Origin: the human T2T-CHM13v2.0 reference genome, Homo sapiens
Assembly (NCBI RefSeq): GCF_009914755.1
Contig: NC_060926.1
Strand: one strand, 5' to 3'
DNA: 64,000 nucleotides
Positions 48,240-62,001 of the stretch are shown in pieces. Under the pieces are notes generated by a model that ran no database searches, was not told the DNA's origin, and was given only the letters and a program-made list of their open reading frames with translations. A program made the position numbers and the translations under genes. How positions within the stretch are numbered: the first letter of the stretch is position 1; the number at the start of each line of letters is the position of its first letter.

Positions 48240-48455
48240 ACATTCTGTTCAACGTGGTAGCCATTGACCACATGAGGAACTGAGCATTTGAAATGTGGGT
48301 AGGTGCCAAATTTCAAAATGATATTTAGGACATATCATCTTAAACAAAATATATCATTAATAAAATCAATCTTATTGTTTTCTTTTTTTGATATTAAAAT
48401 CTAGAACATTTAAAATTACATACATGGGACTCATTATATTTCTAACGCACTGTGC
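48240..48455. mobile_element. MER3/MER33-like fragment
   Basis: ggtagccattgaccacatg...catttgaaatgtgg...tttaaaattacata. Confidence 0.55.
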
Positions 48456-49079
48456 TTTTTTCAGATATACCTGTTCCCTACTCCATCACTCTCCTCCAAG
48501 GGATCAAACCCATGAACAAATGCATGAATTAAGCAAGAGGCGAATCCCTTATTCTGAGATGTTCTACATGGGGGAGGGGGCTGTCTCTGGATCAATAGTT
48601 TTTCTATTTTATGTAGTCAGGTTGCTGCTTTTGTCTTTTGGTCTAAGAAACACCATAGTGAAAAAGCTACTTGGTCCATAAGTGAACATTCTCTCTCTGT
48701 GTGCGCAGTGGAGCAGAAACCACATGCAAATCAGAATATAACAGCATTACAGGAAGCTTTCTATTTTGAAGTACATTGGCAACATGACAAATATAAAGCA
48801 AACAGCATTCTCTGAACAATCCTTGATCCCTTTCCTACCCCAACATCAGCCATAATAGACAGCCCTATGTGTTGCCCTCAGCCACATGTCTCCTACTGCT
48901 TGCTGGTACCATGTGCTTTAGGCAGTTTCTTTCCAGGCAAACACAGACTGTTTACTGACTGTAATCAAAATGACAGCCCACTGTTTTCACAACTGAGTGT
49001 TGAGAGTCGATTGCCTTTTTCACTTGGCAACCTGAGGAAAATTGAGAACTGGGAACTTGAGGTATGACTTACATTACTT

Positions 49080-49090
49080 CAAGATGGCGG
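49080..49090 (+). promoter_or_regulatory. YY1-like motif
   Basis: CAAGATGGCGG in non-repetitive intron 1 sequence. Confidence 0.35.
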
Positions 49091-52000
49091 TGTTGACTAC
49101 TCCACATGTTATCTGCGCTCCTTTGAGATTTAAAATACAGAGGATTGGGATTTGTCTAGCTCAGAGCAAAGAGGTTTTAATCACTGCTTTCAGATGGGTG
49201 CAAATGGTAAACCACACTGGAGCACAGGATGATTTAGGTGTGTCTGAAGTTCAGCTGCCATTTGATTCTTCATCAGCAAAAAACCAATCACATAAAGAGG
49301 CCTTCCCCACTAAGCAGGCCCCTTAGATACACAGTTATAATGTTACACAGTGGATCACTCCAAGATGGTGCCTCAGAAGATAATGCAATATACTAGAAAA
49401 ACATGCCCCTGCCCTATCTTTATTAGAAATGAGATTTAATGAAAAGATAAGAGAGAGGAAAACAGAAGGAGAGATATACAAGTTGCAAATCAGACAAACT
49501 ATTCTAGACTTGTCTCTGCTGTCACTTGTGTGATATATTGAACACATGAGATCTCAGATGTTTCGTGTTTATGTGAGTAAAAAAGAAGGGAGAGGTGGGA
49601 AATTGACCAGTTAATTTGTAGTACCTCTTTTATCACTAAAACTCTAGTTCAGTGTCCAGACTTTGGGACTCTGTACTAGGCTTACTCCAAATGTTTGTCC
49701 CTTCTGAGAGAAACTTCTGAGGGTATAGCAATACCCTTATACCCTGAACGTGGGTCACTAAACCTTATATAAATCATGTTCCTGAGGTAGGTGTGTCACA
49801 TCTATTAGAGGATATATTCATTTTTAGAAGACTTTAGTGAACTAGATGCTTGCATAGGTCCTCTGCAGCCCAAATTTAAACTGTTTCTTGATAAATAATA
49901 TAAATGCCTTGAGTAGAATATAACTTGAAGATCAGTTGCTGAAAAGAACTATCCCTTGAATCCTTTCTAACTCTAGATATTCAATTTTGTACACATGACA
50001 TCTTCATGAAATGGTAATATAAAAAATCTCCTACTGAGAAATTCCATACAAATTGCAGTTAAAAGAAAAACCTAGAAAACTTTAAGTCTGGTTTTCAGTG
50101 AAATATGACCAGTCACTTGACCATATCTCCCCCAAAAAGGGCCCTTTGAAATAAAGAAAAGATGAAAAAAAAAAGTCTTTCCTGGGATCTGAATTCAGGA
50201 CCCAGAGAATCTGTGTTTTTCCTTCAGGCTCCGAGCACATCATTGGCACCAAAATAGAGCAAAGGACTGTGTGCACTGCCCTGATTTAGGTGTGGATGAT
50301 GCCACTTACTGCAGCGGGGAATGCAGAGTAAAAGGTCTCTGCACATAAGGACAGGAAGGGGATGCTGTTCAGTGCTCAATTCTTTTGAGGCTAAAGGAGA
50401 TCCAGAATTCCACAGGTAAGAGAAAATTATATATGATAAAAAATTTTGTTTTAAACAGGGATTGTAGCAACCAAACTGCTGAAGACTGGCGTGGTCTGTC
50501 TGTCTTCACCCTCCAGAGGATAGAGGACCTGGTAAGTAAGAAACTGACTAGTGAGGGCAGTAATCCTGAGGAGAAACCTAAGAAGAGGTGAGAGGGAAGA
50601 TGCCAGGAGGGAGAGATGCCCTGCCGTGTGCCAGGTGTGCCACCTGAGCTGTCTCCTCAAGGACATGGAGGATTCAGGATCCTGATAAAATTGCCAGTGC
50701 AAAATCAGACATTGAGTTCACTCATTCTTCAAGTGTCACTCCTCTTTAAAAATTAACAGACTTTTTTTAGAACAATTTTAGGTTTACAGAAAAGTCTATC
50801 AGAAAGTATTGAGTTCCCACATCGAGTGCCCTATTGAATGTCTTAAATATCTGTCTTCAAAATTTTTATTGAGAAATAAATTGAGAGAATAAATAGAAAC
50901 TATTTTGTTAAGTGTGAAACTTCCCAAATTTAGCTTTCTTGAGGGATGTGTATTGTTGGGGGAGAGGAGGAAGTGTATTATTTTCTGATTAAATTGATCT
51001 CACAGTGTTTTCTGAACTGGCACCACTATCATAGATTTAATGGGATATTTAAAAGAAAGGTGTCTTACAATGACAGGATAATTTTAAGATACTGAGTAGA
51101 AAACCATTCCTTACCAATGCATAAGAGGGAGCTGACTATTGTTTTCATGGTGTATCTTAACTCTAGTGTTTATTTGCATGAAAATCTGCATCTTGATTTG
51201 GATGTGCTCTGCCACTTTTCATTTACCTTCATGCTTTACCCTTTCCTTTTCAAAATGTTCAAAGTGCTTTTGAATAAGGAGTTGGAATGTTTCCTCAAAA
51301 GAATCTAGCTAGTTCTTACAATTGTCATCATGTTGGTAGAGGGGAATGGTTATATCAACCATAAATTATTCCCCCTCTGCACTGATTGTGTTATTTAAGG
51401 TGACCCTTCTTCATAAAAGCATTCCTCCCCTGGTTCAGGCTTTCATTCTTATCAATATCTCATTGGTTTCTTATTTATATTTTCATTGCAGACTTCCCAA
51501 ATCCTTTGTGTATAAAGGTTGGATTTTTTTTTTTAAATAAATGATCCAATCCCAATGGGAGGACACAAGCACTGTGTCACACACATTCATCATAACCCTG
51601 GCCTCGAACATGATAACTTTGCAATTCCTTGGCCAGTATTTCTTCTGTTTATTACAGAAGCACCAGCGACCTGCCTCAAAATGTGGATATTCTCATCTTG
51701 AGATTTAACAGATATTTTCTGTTATGATAATCATTTTACTGACCACGTTGGCAGAATGTTAGAGATGGGTGAAGAAAGCATAGTTAAATACTAATACTAA
51801 ATGATGATCCTCTAGGGAAAAGACTTTAGGATATAATCTTCTCTGAAGGACCTGTAGAGGATTGCCCTCTATGTCTCCTACCCAGCTGTGGGAAACCAAT
51901 CCGGAACAGCAACTGGGGTGTTAACCCAGGAAATGTCTCCTTAAAAGCTGACTCATCTTAGGAATGAGATTCTTTTTAAGAAATGCAATTAATTATTAAT

Positions 52001-52661
52001 TTCGCTCCACTATTAGATTAATTCACTTCTTTCTCAGATATGCCATTTTCTGAAAATATCTTTTAAAATGCATTTTGGCTTTAAAAAATATGTTCGTTTA
52101 CAGAATCTGCCTTTCCTCCAGATCTGCCTAAATTGCACTTTTAAAAAATTAAAAATCAAAGTGTTTTGCTTCCAACTGGTGATTTGGAGATTCAAAGAAT
52201 ATCTTTCAGTAGACCTACTCTTATTCGATTATTCAAGATTTAGTTCTCCAGATAGCAATTTGTAAGTAAGAAATAAATCAGTGAGTGAATGTATAGTTGT
52301 ACAAACTTAAAGTTATGGATGCTCAGCTCCAAATGTGTACATTGTTTGTATGGTTAGCTTGCAAAATATACCATAACCAGTAGCTGAATCAACTTTCAAA
52401 TATCATTGGGATAATAAATTAACAATTTCAAATGTAAAATTATTTAAACACATAAATAAATGCCAGTGTGTTCAACCAAGGGAGAAATGGACACAAGTGT
52501 ATTTTTTGTTGCTTCCTTAAGTATTTGCATAATATCTTTACTTAACACATGCCCGCTGGTTAGCACTTTGAAATTATTTTGAAAAGCGTTTGTCAACTAT
52601 CTTTCACTTCCCTAGCCAAGTTTTCATTGGCTTCTGTTATTTTTCTTTGTCTTTCTCTAGT

Positions 52662-52842
52662 CAATTGGTTTTCAAACCTGGCTACACATTTGAACTACAA
52701 TTGCAGAGCTTTTAAGCAAATATTGATACCCAGATTCCGCCTCAGAGAATCTGATTGAATTGGTTGAAGGTGGAGCCAAGCATTGCTCTTTTTTAAGTTT
52801 TCCAAATGATTCTAATGTGCATCCACAGCTGTGGGCCACTCT
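52662..52842. mobile_element. MER5A-like hAT element
   Basis: caattggttttcaaacctggc...gattctaatgtgca. Confidence 0.75.
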
Positions 52843-55800
52843 GTGAATAAGCTGTTAATGTTCTACCCCTTTTTGTTTTCTTTCAGTATGTTTGCATATC
52901 TCTTTCTCTTTAGCTGTGTTTTTTTTTTTTCTCCTGACATTTTTATTGGTGAGGTCCTATAAATCTATTTTTTTCTTTTCTCATTTTGCTTTTTTCTTTT
53001 TTACCTCCTATTTACTGGCCAAGAAGTTCTCATTCCAGGTATATATATTTGATTTATATTCTTATCCCATACTATTCATGCTTTATGTCAGTGTAAGAGA
53101 ACACAATATGATGGTGAATTATATTTTTGCCTGTTCTTCCAAAGCTAATTTAATAGTTTACATTAATTTTTGGTATAAATATAAAAAGATCAATAGTAGA
53201 AACTAAGGCCATTGTCAAAAACGGATATTAAGGAAGGATTTATTTTAAATGTAGTTATTATTGGCTATGACAAAAGACAATAAAACAGTTTAGAATTTTG
53301 AGACCATACAGGTCTCAAGGACATGTATATATCATATCAACAGTATTTTTCCCTTTCAGAGGTAAAGGACGGCAATGTGTTTGCCCTAAATTTTAAACTT
53401 TAAAAACAAATTTCAATAGTATTTAAAGAACAGAGTGGAAGTGGGAATATTACATATTGCAACAAATAACATAGCAGAAACAAGATATCACTAGCAACAG
53501 AAAATAGCAATAGAAAAAAAAGAAAAAAAAAGAATCAATGCTGCTAAGTATTGTGATGATGTTAATATTGGGAAGAAAACTAGAAATCAAGAAGGTAATG
53601 CATAGATTCAAGGATTTGAAATGAAACAGACTGAGCCTAGACTAGGAGAAAAGGAATCTGAGTGCCAATGTAGCTGTGCTTCTAAATATGGTCAAGAGGT
53701 TTCCTCTCCATGCGGTTTATTTTCCCCAACTGGCGAAAATACTGGTTAGATTGGCAAAAGGAGAAAAAGAAACCTTGCAATTCCTTGGCCAGATCCTGCC
53801 TACACATGTGTTTTATTGAATCTATCTGGTATTATAAATAATTTGAAATAGATGATTCCATTTAACAACAGAGGGAAATATTTACTAACAATTTGGATTT
53901 TTCAGCTTCTTCAGGGAAGTCATTTGATGTAACAGTCTCCTAGCAGTGAGAAGGCGTTTTCCATTTTAAAAAGGGCATGCATTCACTTTCTAGTTCCTCA
54001 GGCCCAACATGAATGGCTTTACTGCTTTCTCTTACCTACTTTGCCCATGCAGGAATTTATGTTCGTTTCTTCTAGAATTTATTATTTAAGGTCATGACCA
54101 ACCATTATATAAATTCCATGAAAAGAAAATGCTCAGAGTACTTGGGAACATGTTTAGTTAGGCATAATAAAAACAACTTATATGGAGAAAAATAAATGTC
54201 ACAAGCAGAAACACCAAGGAGACAGAGAAACTAACAAACAGGTGACTAGTCCTCAAATAGAGGCTTAAGCCCACAAAACGTGTCCTATTAAACCTTATGC
54301 AAGAATATGTTGGACTCTAGACCAGAAGCGCAATGTCACTTGTTAGAAATATGAATTGGAATTTAGTGAATTATTCCAGTTCAAGCTCTTTCTTGGGAAA
54401 GGAAAAGGACAAAATGTTCTGTACAACCAAAGTAAGAATAAAGTATATTCTGAAAATCAGGAGATTAAAATTCCCAAAAGGGAGCTTCTTGGCAGAAAAT
54501 GGTCAAAGTTATTTAAAGAGTGACTTTGAATTCACCCATTGAATAAAACAATATTAAACCACTATTTAATAATTAAGGGACCATCATTTCTCTAACTTTG
54601 CTCCAGCACAGAGTTTAATCACATGAAGGGCTCCCTATATGCAGTCTCCAAAAAAATGAAAACCTAATTCAATTCTTACAGAAATAACTCCAGATTTCAT
54701 AAGGTTTCTCTGAACTAAAACCCCTGAAAATTCATTTATACAACCACACCCAGCATATGTTTACATGTGCTGTATTTTAATATTGTAAACTTGCTTGCAA
54801 GTTACTTTTCAGTTGTTCTTTATTCATAGATCTTGGGTAAAACCTTCTTTAAAGTTCTTTCCAGAATGTCCTTTATCATTTCAAATCCTTACAGGAAAGA
54901 AGTGGGATATTAAAAAAAGTAATAAAAAAAAAAAATACTTGGCACATTGAAACTTGTGGTATCCAGTTAAGTAGGTATTCATATAAATTTTAAAGAATTA
55001 TTCTACTTTAACAAATTATATTTCTGATGTAGATTCAGATTTTAGGTATCCAAAGAGCTGGTGCCTATCAGGAAGTTAATAAAACAAAGTATGTCTGTGC
55101 TTAGTAAAAGAGCAAGATTTTATTTATTGCTGTATTATTAAGAGGAAACACTATTCTGCTCCGAAATAGGTGTCTGCACTTGTTACATCCCATTAAAATA
55201 TAAACAAAGAATGTGTTAATTTCATCCCAGAGGGAAAAATATTTTCAGGTAAAGCTGAACTAAAACAGTAGCTTCTCAATCAAAGATAAATGTGTGAACC
55301 GACAATATAAAGCAAGAATATGATTTTCTTTCTTCCAAATTTTCTAACTACCTCAAGTTACAATTGTTCAGTCTACCTCAAGAAGTAATTCAGATGTCAG
55401 GTTCTATATGGATTTGCCATGAAAGTTGTTTATAAGGTAAAACGTAAGCATGACATTTTGAAAATGAAAGCAGTTAGAATTAAAATTAATCGAAAATTTA
55501 AAACGAACCTAAAAGTACAGAAATAGAGTTAAGTAATTATATTTCACTGGTAGGTGGGTAATTAATCCTCACAGTTTTGGAAAACTGGTAAAACAACCAT
55601 TAATATTAAGGTGCGAATGAATAATATATTTTTAGGTGACAAATGAAACATGAATTCCCAACCTTCAGTGAGTTCATGTTTCTATACATAAATGAAAATC
55701 AGAAAAAAGTAATCTTCACAGCTACCTATGTAAAGAAATATCACTATATAATCAAGTGTTAATTTCTTGGTGAAAAAAAATCTTTAAATGCTTATTCTTA

Positions 55801-58800
55801 TGGATGCTTTTAGTTATCATCAACCCTAAAGATAAGAACTCGTAAGAGCTGGGAGTGACCTAGAACTGAGAGACAGATGAGCAACAAATTCCAAGCACCG
55901 CATTTGTCTAGTTGAGAAACACTACCCTCATATTTTTAAGCCTCCCAAGCTCTTAGCCCTCTCAGATCTGCCTAATCAAGAGTCCATTAAGTCATCTTGG
56001 CTGCCATGAAGATGAAGCTGACAGCGCAGTTACTTGAGTCAGTTTAAAGAGGCCTAGGGTGGTTGAAGGGAAGGATTAGGAGGCCTGGGGTGCTGAAAGG
56101 TCATCCAAGTTCTAGCTCCCAAAGACCCCAGTAGCACACAGCTGTCAGGAGCACGAAGCTACACTTAGAAACAACCTTTGGAGGAAAGCAGGGATTTTGC
56201 AGTCCATCAACCATTCATCAAGCACAATTTGCCTTTCCACATCTTATTGTACCGTTAATAGAATTGAAGCATTAGAGAGTTTGTGAGTTGATCACATAGC
56301 AAAGACTTTCCTGAGATTTAGGTTCAGTTATCTGGTGGTCTTAGTAGAAATTACTTGGCGTTTAAATGTGGTTTTGGTGAAACCTAGATTCCCTTTGTGA
56401 ATCTTTACAGAAACTTCGTCTAACAGGTATATCCTCTTAAGGCAACGTGAAATAAGGCCCTTTGCCTCTATTTTCATAAGAAGAAGAAAGTTTTGAAGTC
56501 CGTGATAACATATTGGGCATAAATAACTGTCTTCTGGAAGGCATTATGAGTTCTATAAACTCTCCAGGAATTGCCTGGAATGTTAACACTAAGTGATACT
56601 ATTATAGGTACACAATTGTTGTTGTTTCAGCAAGGGCATCCTTCCAGGATGAGAATTATTCACTTTTCAGGTACATAATTATTTGGCAGTTTTATTCTAT
56701 CCTTCCTGTTGTGGTGGAAGATATTATATCACCAGCACTAACGATAACAATAATAACAATGATGAAAATTTATGCCTTTATGTTTGTCCTGTTCCTTTTG
56801 ATGTGAGTTAGGATGGCAGGGAGAGAGAGGAAGGAGGTTCGTAATCATGTTCCAGGATCTATACCAAGCACTGAACAGACATTATTTTAGTTACACAATC
56901 CTGTAACACAGGCATTATTATTCCTATTTTAAAGATGATGTAATAAAGGCTCAGAGAGTTTAAATAACTTGTCAGGTAATAGTGGCCATAAAATGTAACC
57001 TGCCAAGCTCTTGCTCTTAACCACTTCTCCATGTTGTTTCCTGCTTGTTTCCACTACAGAAGGAACTGGCCAAGAAACGCCCCTATTTCTCTATTTTACC
57101 ACTTTCATGTTTAGCACATCAATCATAATTTACAACTCAGTGAGAGTCAAAGTTGTATCTTAATTAAGCTGAGAAACCAACTGAAGAAAAATCCAAATAA
57201 ATGAGGATCAGAAAATTTTAAAAACAAAGTATTCTTATACAGCTTTGATTCTAATTTCCTTCCTTTGTAGGCAAGGAAAATGCTCTTCAGTGATACTTGG
57301 GGTCTTTTCTGAGACAACAAAACTCACTAGTAGCAGAACATGAACCAGATCCCAAGACTTTCAGCTCAGGGTTCAACCTTTTTATCTTCAGTACTCAAAT
57401 AAATCACAGCATTTTTCTCAACTTTACAAATGAAATCACCACTACATTCTTTTAAAGAGTAAGTTATTCAAATGTGTTTGATATATCATTTAATCAAAGC
57501 AGGTTTAATTTCCGAAATTTTTGAAAGAGCGCATTTTGTGAAGTGAAGAACTCTGAGTGTATTTGCTTTTTCACATGGCGACCACATGTATAGATGAATA
57601 ACTAAGAGACTGTTGCAACTATACCAAGAAAAATAAAAGCTAACATTTGGGGCCAAAATTAAGCATTCATTCATAAATGTAAACCAGTTCAATCAAGACC
57701 AGCTCTGATGCTTACTCAGAACAAAGTTACTCACATTTAGTCACCTGTAGAGAAGCATGGTGTGTACAATACACTCAAGTTAATTAACAGCCATTTCTGG
57801 GAACCCTGTCCAAAGAAATAGTTTTCTTTATCTCCTATGGTAGGAATTCTTCTGAAATAGACAAGACCCAGGGCTCTCCTCTCAGGCAACCACTATTTTG
57901 AAATGTTTTTGGGGGGACTATTATTGCTACTCAATGTAAAATATTAAGTGAGATGTCAATATTTTTCAACATATCATTAGGAATTACAGTTTGGAGGCCT
58001 TAAGTTCTATTTTTGAAGCCCTTTTAGCCAGTACTGACTGGAAGCCCTGTTGAAATCAGAAGTCTTCATTTCATATAGGGCACACTCTATTTGGAGTGAA
58101 TGTGATGAAATGTTTCCATGCAAATTCCTACAAGCACTTATGCCTTTATCTTTGTCCTCATAAGCCACATTATACTACCTGTTGTGTATTTTAAAACCCT
58201 GTATGATTTTTAAAACTTATCTTTCAATTAATATGTATAGATTTTCTGTCAATAATTTCTTATTCTAATTATGTGGTGGCTAACTGAATGAAACATTTAT
58301 GGTTATGATATAGAATATTCTAAATACAACTACAGACAATATGGATCATAGATAAAGTAAATTATTGTTTTATGGCTCCAGTGGTTCTTCCTGGTAATTA
58401 ATAAAAATAAACAGTTATTAAATATATACAGAAAAACAGCAATCTATCAAGCTTATAGAACAATTAAGAATATATAATAATCTTTAAATCAATAAATTAA
58501 AAGGTAAACATTTAATATAAAATGAATATATTAAAGGATAAAGAAGTAGCATATTATGGAACATATAGAGATTATTTTATTTTTTGAAGGTTCAACCTCT
58601 TTTAAATGGTTAGTATTGGTGTTCTTTTCTCTATGAAAACAGATTTTAGAGAAAAATGATAGTGTATTTCACAAAGCCAAACACCTCTATATTGTTATCA
58701 CTCCCTATATGCATGGCCTCTCTAAAGCTGTTAAATAAAAAACTAAAGCACAAGAATGATAGTTCCAATTTCACTATACATTTATGTTTAAAAAATACTG

Positions 58801-59154
58801 GACACACTGGGCATTTAAATAGATGACATACAGCCAGGAAACTCATTAGACTAGCTTTAAGTATAATAAAAAATATTTTTTCTGAATACAATTAATCATA
58901 AGCATCTACAAAAACACAAGACCATTGATGCCTAGTATGTACCATAAATCACCATTTCCAGACAGGCTCTATTTTCTTTGAAAGATAAAGAAATAGTAAG
59001 CAGTTTACACATCAAACGATGCCTTTGGTTCCTGTAATTTACATTTAAACAACACTGGGTTAAAAATAGCAGCATGAAGATGATTTTAAAGTAAGGAAAA
59101 TGACCTGGTAGCTAGGTTCTATGGTGCAGATAATGAAATGTTTTGTCAGCTTAC

Positions 59155-59390
59155 CTGATAAAACAGAGCCTTATGAATTACAGCATAACAAAGCCCAGCA
59201 TCCAAGATGGTTAGGGTATAACGTGTCTTCCTCTGCAGCTGTTCAGCTTTTTTTTTTTTTTTTTTTTTTGACCACAGAGGTTTACAAATTAGTTACAATT
59301 TTTTTTCTTTCTTTCTCTGTGGATAAGAAAACAAAGAGACCTTTCCAGAATCCTCTCTGCTTATGCCTCCGCTTCCTGTTCTGAGATTCA
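59155..59390 (-). other. SCN3A: non-coding exon 1 (5' UTR); 5' end approximate
   Basis: Strong donor TATCAG|gtaagc at 59155/59154. The sequence resembles the SCN3A mRNA leader as I recall it. The TSS cannot be fixed from sequence alone. Confidence 0.75.
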
Positions 59391-59476
59391 CTCTATGGTA
59401 CCCAACATATATCAGAAAACAGCTTTGAGGAAAAAAAAAAAGAAAGAAAAAAAGGCCGATCGCACTCAAAGTGGTA

Positions 59477-59490
59477 CCGCCATCTACTGG
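59477..59490 (-). promoter_or_regulatory. CTCF core motif just upstream of exon 1
   Basis: Minus strand CCAGTAGATGGCGG matches CCASYAGRKGGCRS at every position and lies in a small CpG-retaining patch. Confidence 0.7.
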
Positions 59491-61219
59491 CGGACACACA
59501 CAAAATTGAGCCAAAGAAAAAACATTCCCATTATCCTCTGTCACAGGGAGGAAAGTAAACCTGCATGAAGCATGGGTAGTCATGAAAGTGCCCCAAGATG
59601 ACAGTAGAGAGGTGATGTGAGCTAAAATTTCCCAACACACTAAAAAAATGTAACTTATCTACTACATATAAATATGTATGAGACCTTTTACATATTCAGT
59701 TATTTGCATCTCACTAATTTTTTTAAAAAATTTTATCACTTTGTTGTTTTGCATGATTGTTTCACACATAAACTACTAAAATTAAAAGATATATAAATTA
59801 CTGTTTGAAAAATAGGTTTTAAGTTTACATTACCCTTTACGTGTAGAGTTTTGCGAAAGCTCCCTTGTGGCCTGCTCTAGTCTTTTGAAAACCTTTTCTC
59901 TTCCTGGGATGAATTATTTTCAAGGTGAGGAATTTGACTCCTTAGAGAACAGTGTAAACACATACTCACTGATAGTATTTTTGTGTTGCTTTCTGGTAAA
60001 ACATTTGCAAGAAATATCTAAATGTAGAAAAAGATTCTATACATCAGTGAACCTAGCTAATATTATTTATTAGGATATTGAAGCACACAATACATAAAGA
60101 AAATAAAAATAATCCATCAGTTATTAAGATATTTCTCAATCCAGATGTATGTTATTGTTTCATCTGACCTTTCATATCTACTTTAGAGCAAACAACTATG
60201 ATTTTATTACAGTTTATCATCAATTAAATAAATACATTCATATTGACAAACCAACTGTATGGATGGACAAAAATGATGTCAAGTATTATATTAGACTTGA
60301 AAAGACACAGAGAGAAACACACAGTGCCTGCCATAAAGGAGCTCATACAAAGAAGAAAAACAAATATAGCTGATACCATATTTCCCAGCCATGTGTTCAA
60401 GAACTGTTAATTACATACTTCGTTTTCAATTGTGGCCCCCATTTTGTCTAATGGCAGAAAAATAAATCTAGTCAGTTCCAGGTAAACTAAATTACTTGAG
60501 GCTTTTCCCAATGATTTTGGGTTTGCATTCAACCAATACATGATTTTCCTCTTCTATCTCTCCTTCTCATGGAGACTGATCTAAGTTCAGGATTGTGTAC
60601 ATATATAGAGAAAGCAGAGTATGATCCCGTTCCCCCTTTCTCCACATGGGCATCCACTGAGGCCAGGAGTCCTGCATGATCCATGACCATCATTATCCCT
60701 CATATCTACTAACGTACCCACAGGCCCACTGGGCCCCGGGAATAGCATCCCTCCAGCTTTGCATGGCAGCATCCCCTCTTTGTCACTTCTTCCTCTAAGG
60801 AAACTTTTGTTCCTGTCCTTTAGGAGGAGAGAAGAAAAAGCAGCATGTTCCCAGGGTCACTCTTGGCTGTAATTGGCTGACTTAAGCCTTCCTCCCTGCC
60901 CCAGGCGCCTCACACAGCCATCTCTGTTCTGCTGTTTGTAAACCATGGGATGTAATGCACTCTGCAGGCTTCAGGCAAGCGAGGCACAATCTCTGCCACA
61001 CTAGAATAGTGTAAATAGATGGAAACTTCTCATCTTTTCATCTTTTTAGCTAATCCTAGATTGGCAAACTATGTAAGGAGCCCTTATCAGAGACTCCTTT
61101 CCTTCTTCATAACTTCCTTCACAGACTCAAAAGAGTTTTTGCTTGGGTCTCTTCTTTCTGTACCAAAGGTAAGCTGGAGCCACTTGTTTTCCCTTGAAAT
61201 CTTTTTGTCTTATGTCTAA

Positions 61220-61684
61220 TGTATCAGTTTACTAGGGCTGCTGTAACAAACTGCCATCCTGAGGGGCTTAGACACAGAAATCATTTTTTTCACAATTCTG
61301 GCTACTCAGAGGCCAGAATCAAGTTGTCAGCATGATCATGCTTCCTCTGAAACCTGCAGGGGAAGGATACTTTCTTGCTTCTCTTAGCTTTTAGTAGCCC
61401 CAGATGTTCCTTGGTTTGTGGCAGCATAACTCCAGTCTCTGTCTCTGTCTTTACATGGTGCACTCCCTGCATCACTGTCTTTACGTACTCCTCCCTCTGT
61501 GCATGCCTCTGTGTCAAATTTTCTCCTCTTTATAAGGACACCAGTCACTTTGGTTTAGGGTCCGCCCTCATAACCTAATTTTAACCTGATTATCTCTGTA
61601 AATACCCTATTTCAAAATAAGGGCATATTCTGAATTACTCAGAATTAGAACTTTTTGAGAGGAGGCACAATTCAACCCCTAACA
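61220..61684. mobile_element. MLT1 (MaLR) solo LTR
   Basis: tgtatcagtttactagggctgctgtaacaaa...aattcaacccctaaca (TG...CA ends). Confidence 0.85.
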
Positions 61685-62001
61685 CAAGAATTTAAATATA
61701 AAGCACAAGAATTTGACAATTCTTCTGTCCATCTCCAACGACAATTCCACTTAGGCAATAATAGCCTTGGCTATCTGGCCAGAATTGGGGAGGGTAGGGG
61801 AAGAGCCTCAGGTAATGATGAAGACATTTAATAATATTAGTAACAATAACAAAACTAACATTTATTGGTACTATGTGCCAGACATTGTTCTAAGCACTTT
61901 ACATATGTTCATTTAAACTTCACCCATATGAGGTATTATTATACACACTTTACAGGTGAAGAAGCAATGAAATGTGAGGGAAGTAAAACGTAGTTAGTAC
62001 C

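Noticed and set aside
50194-50214. Possible REST/RE1 site
   Set aside because: Only a mismatched left half (TTCAGGACC); the GGACAG right half is absent. I saw no canonical RE1 in the window.
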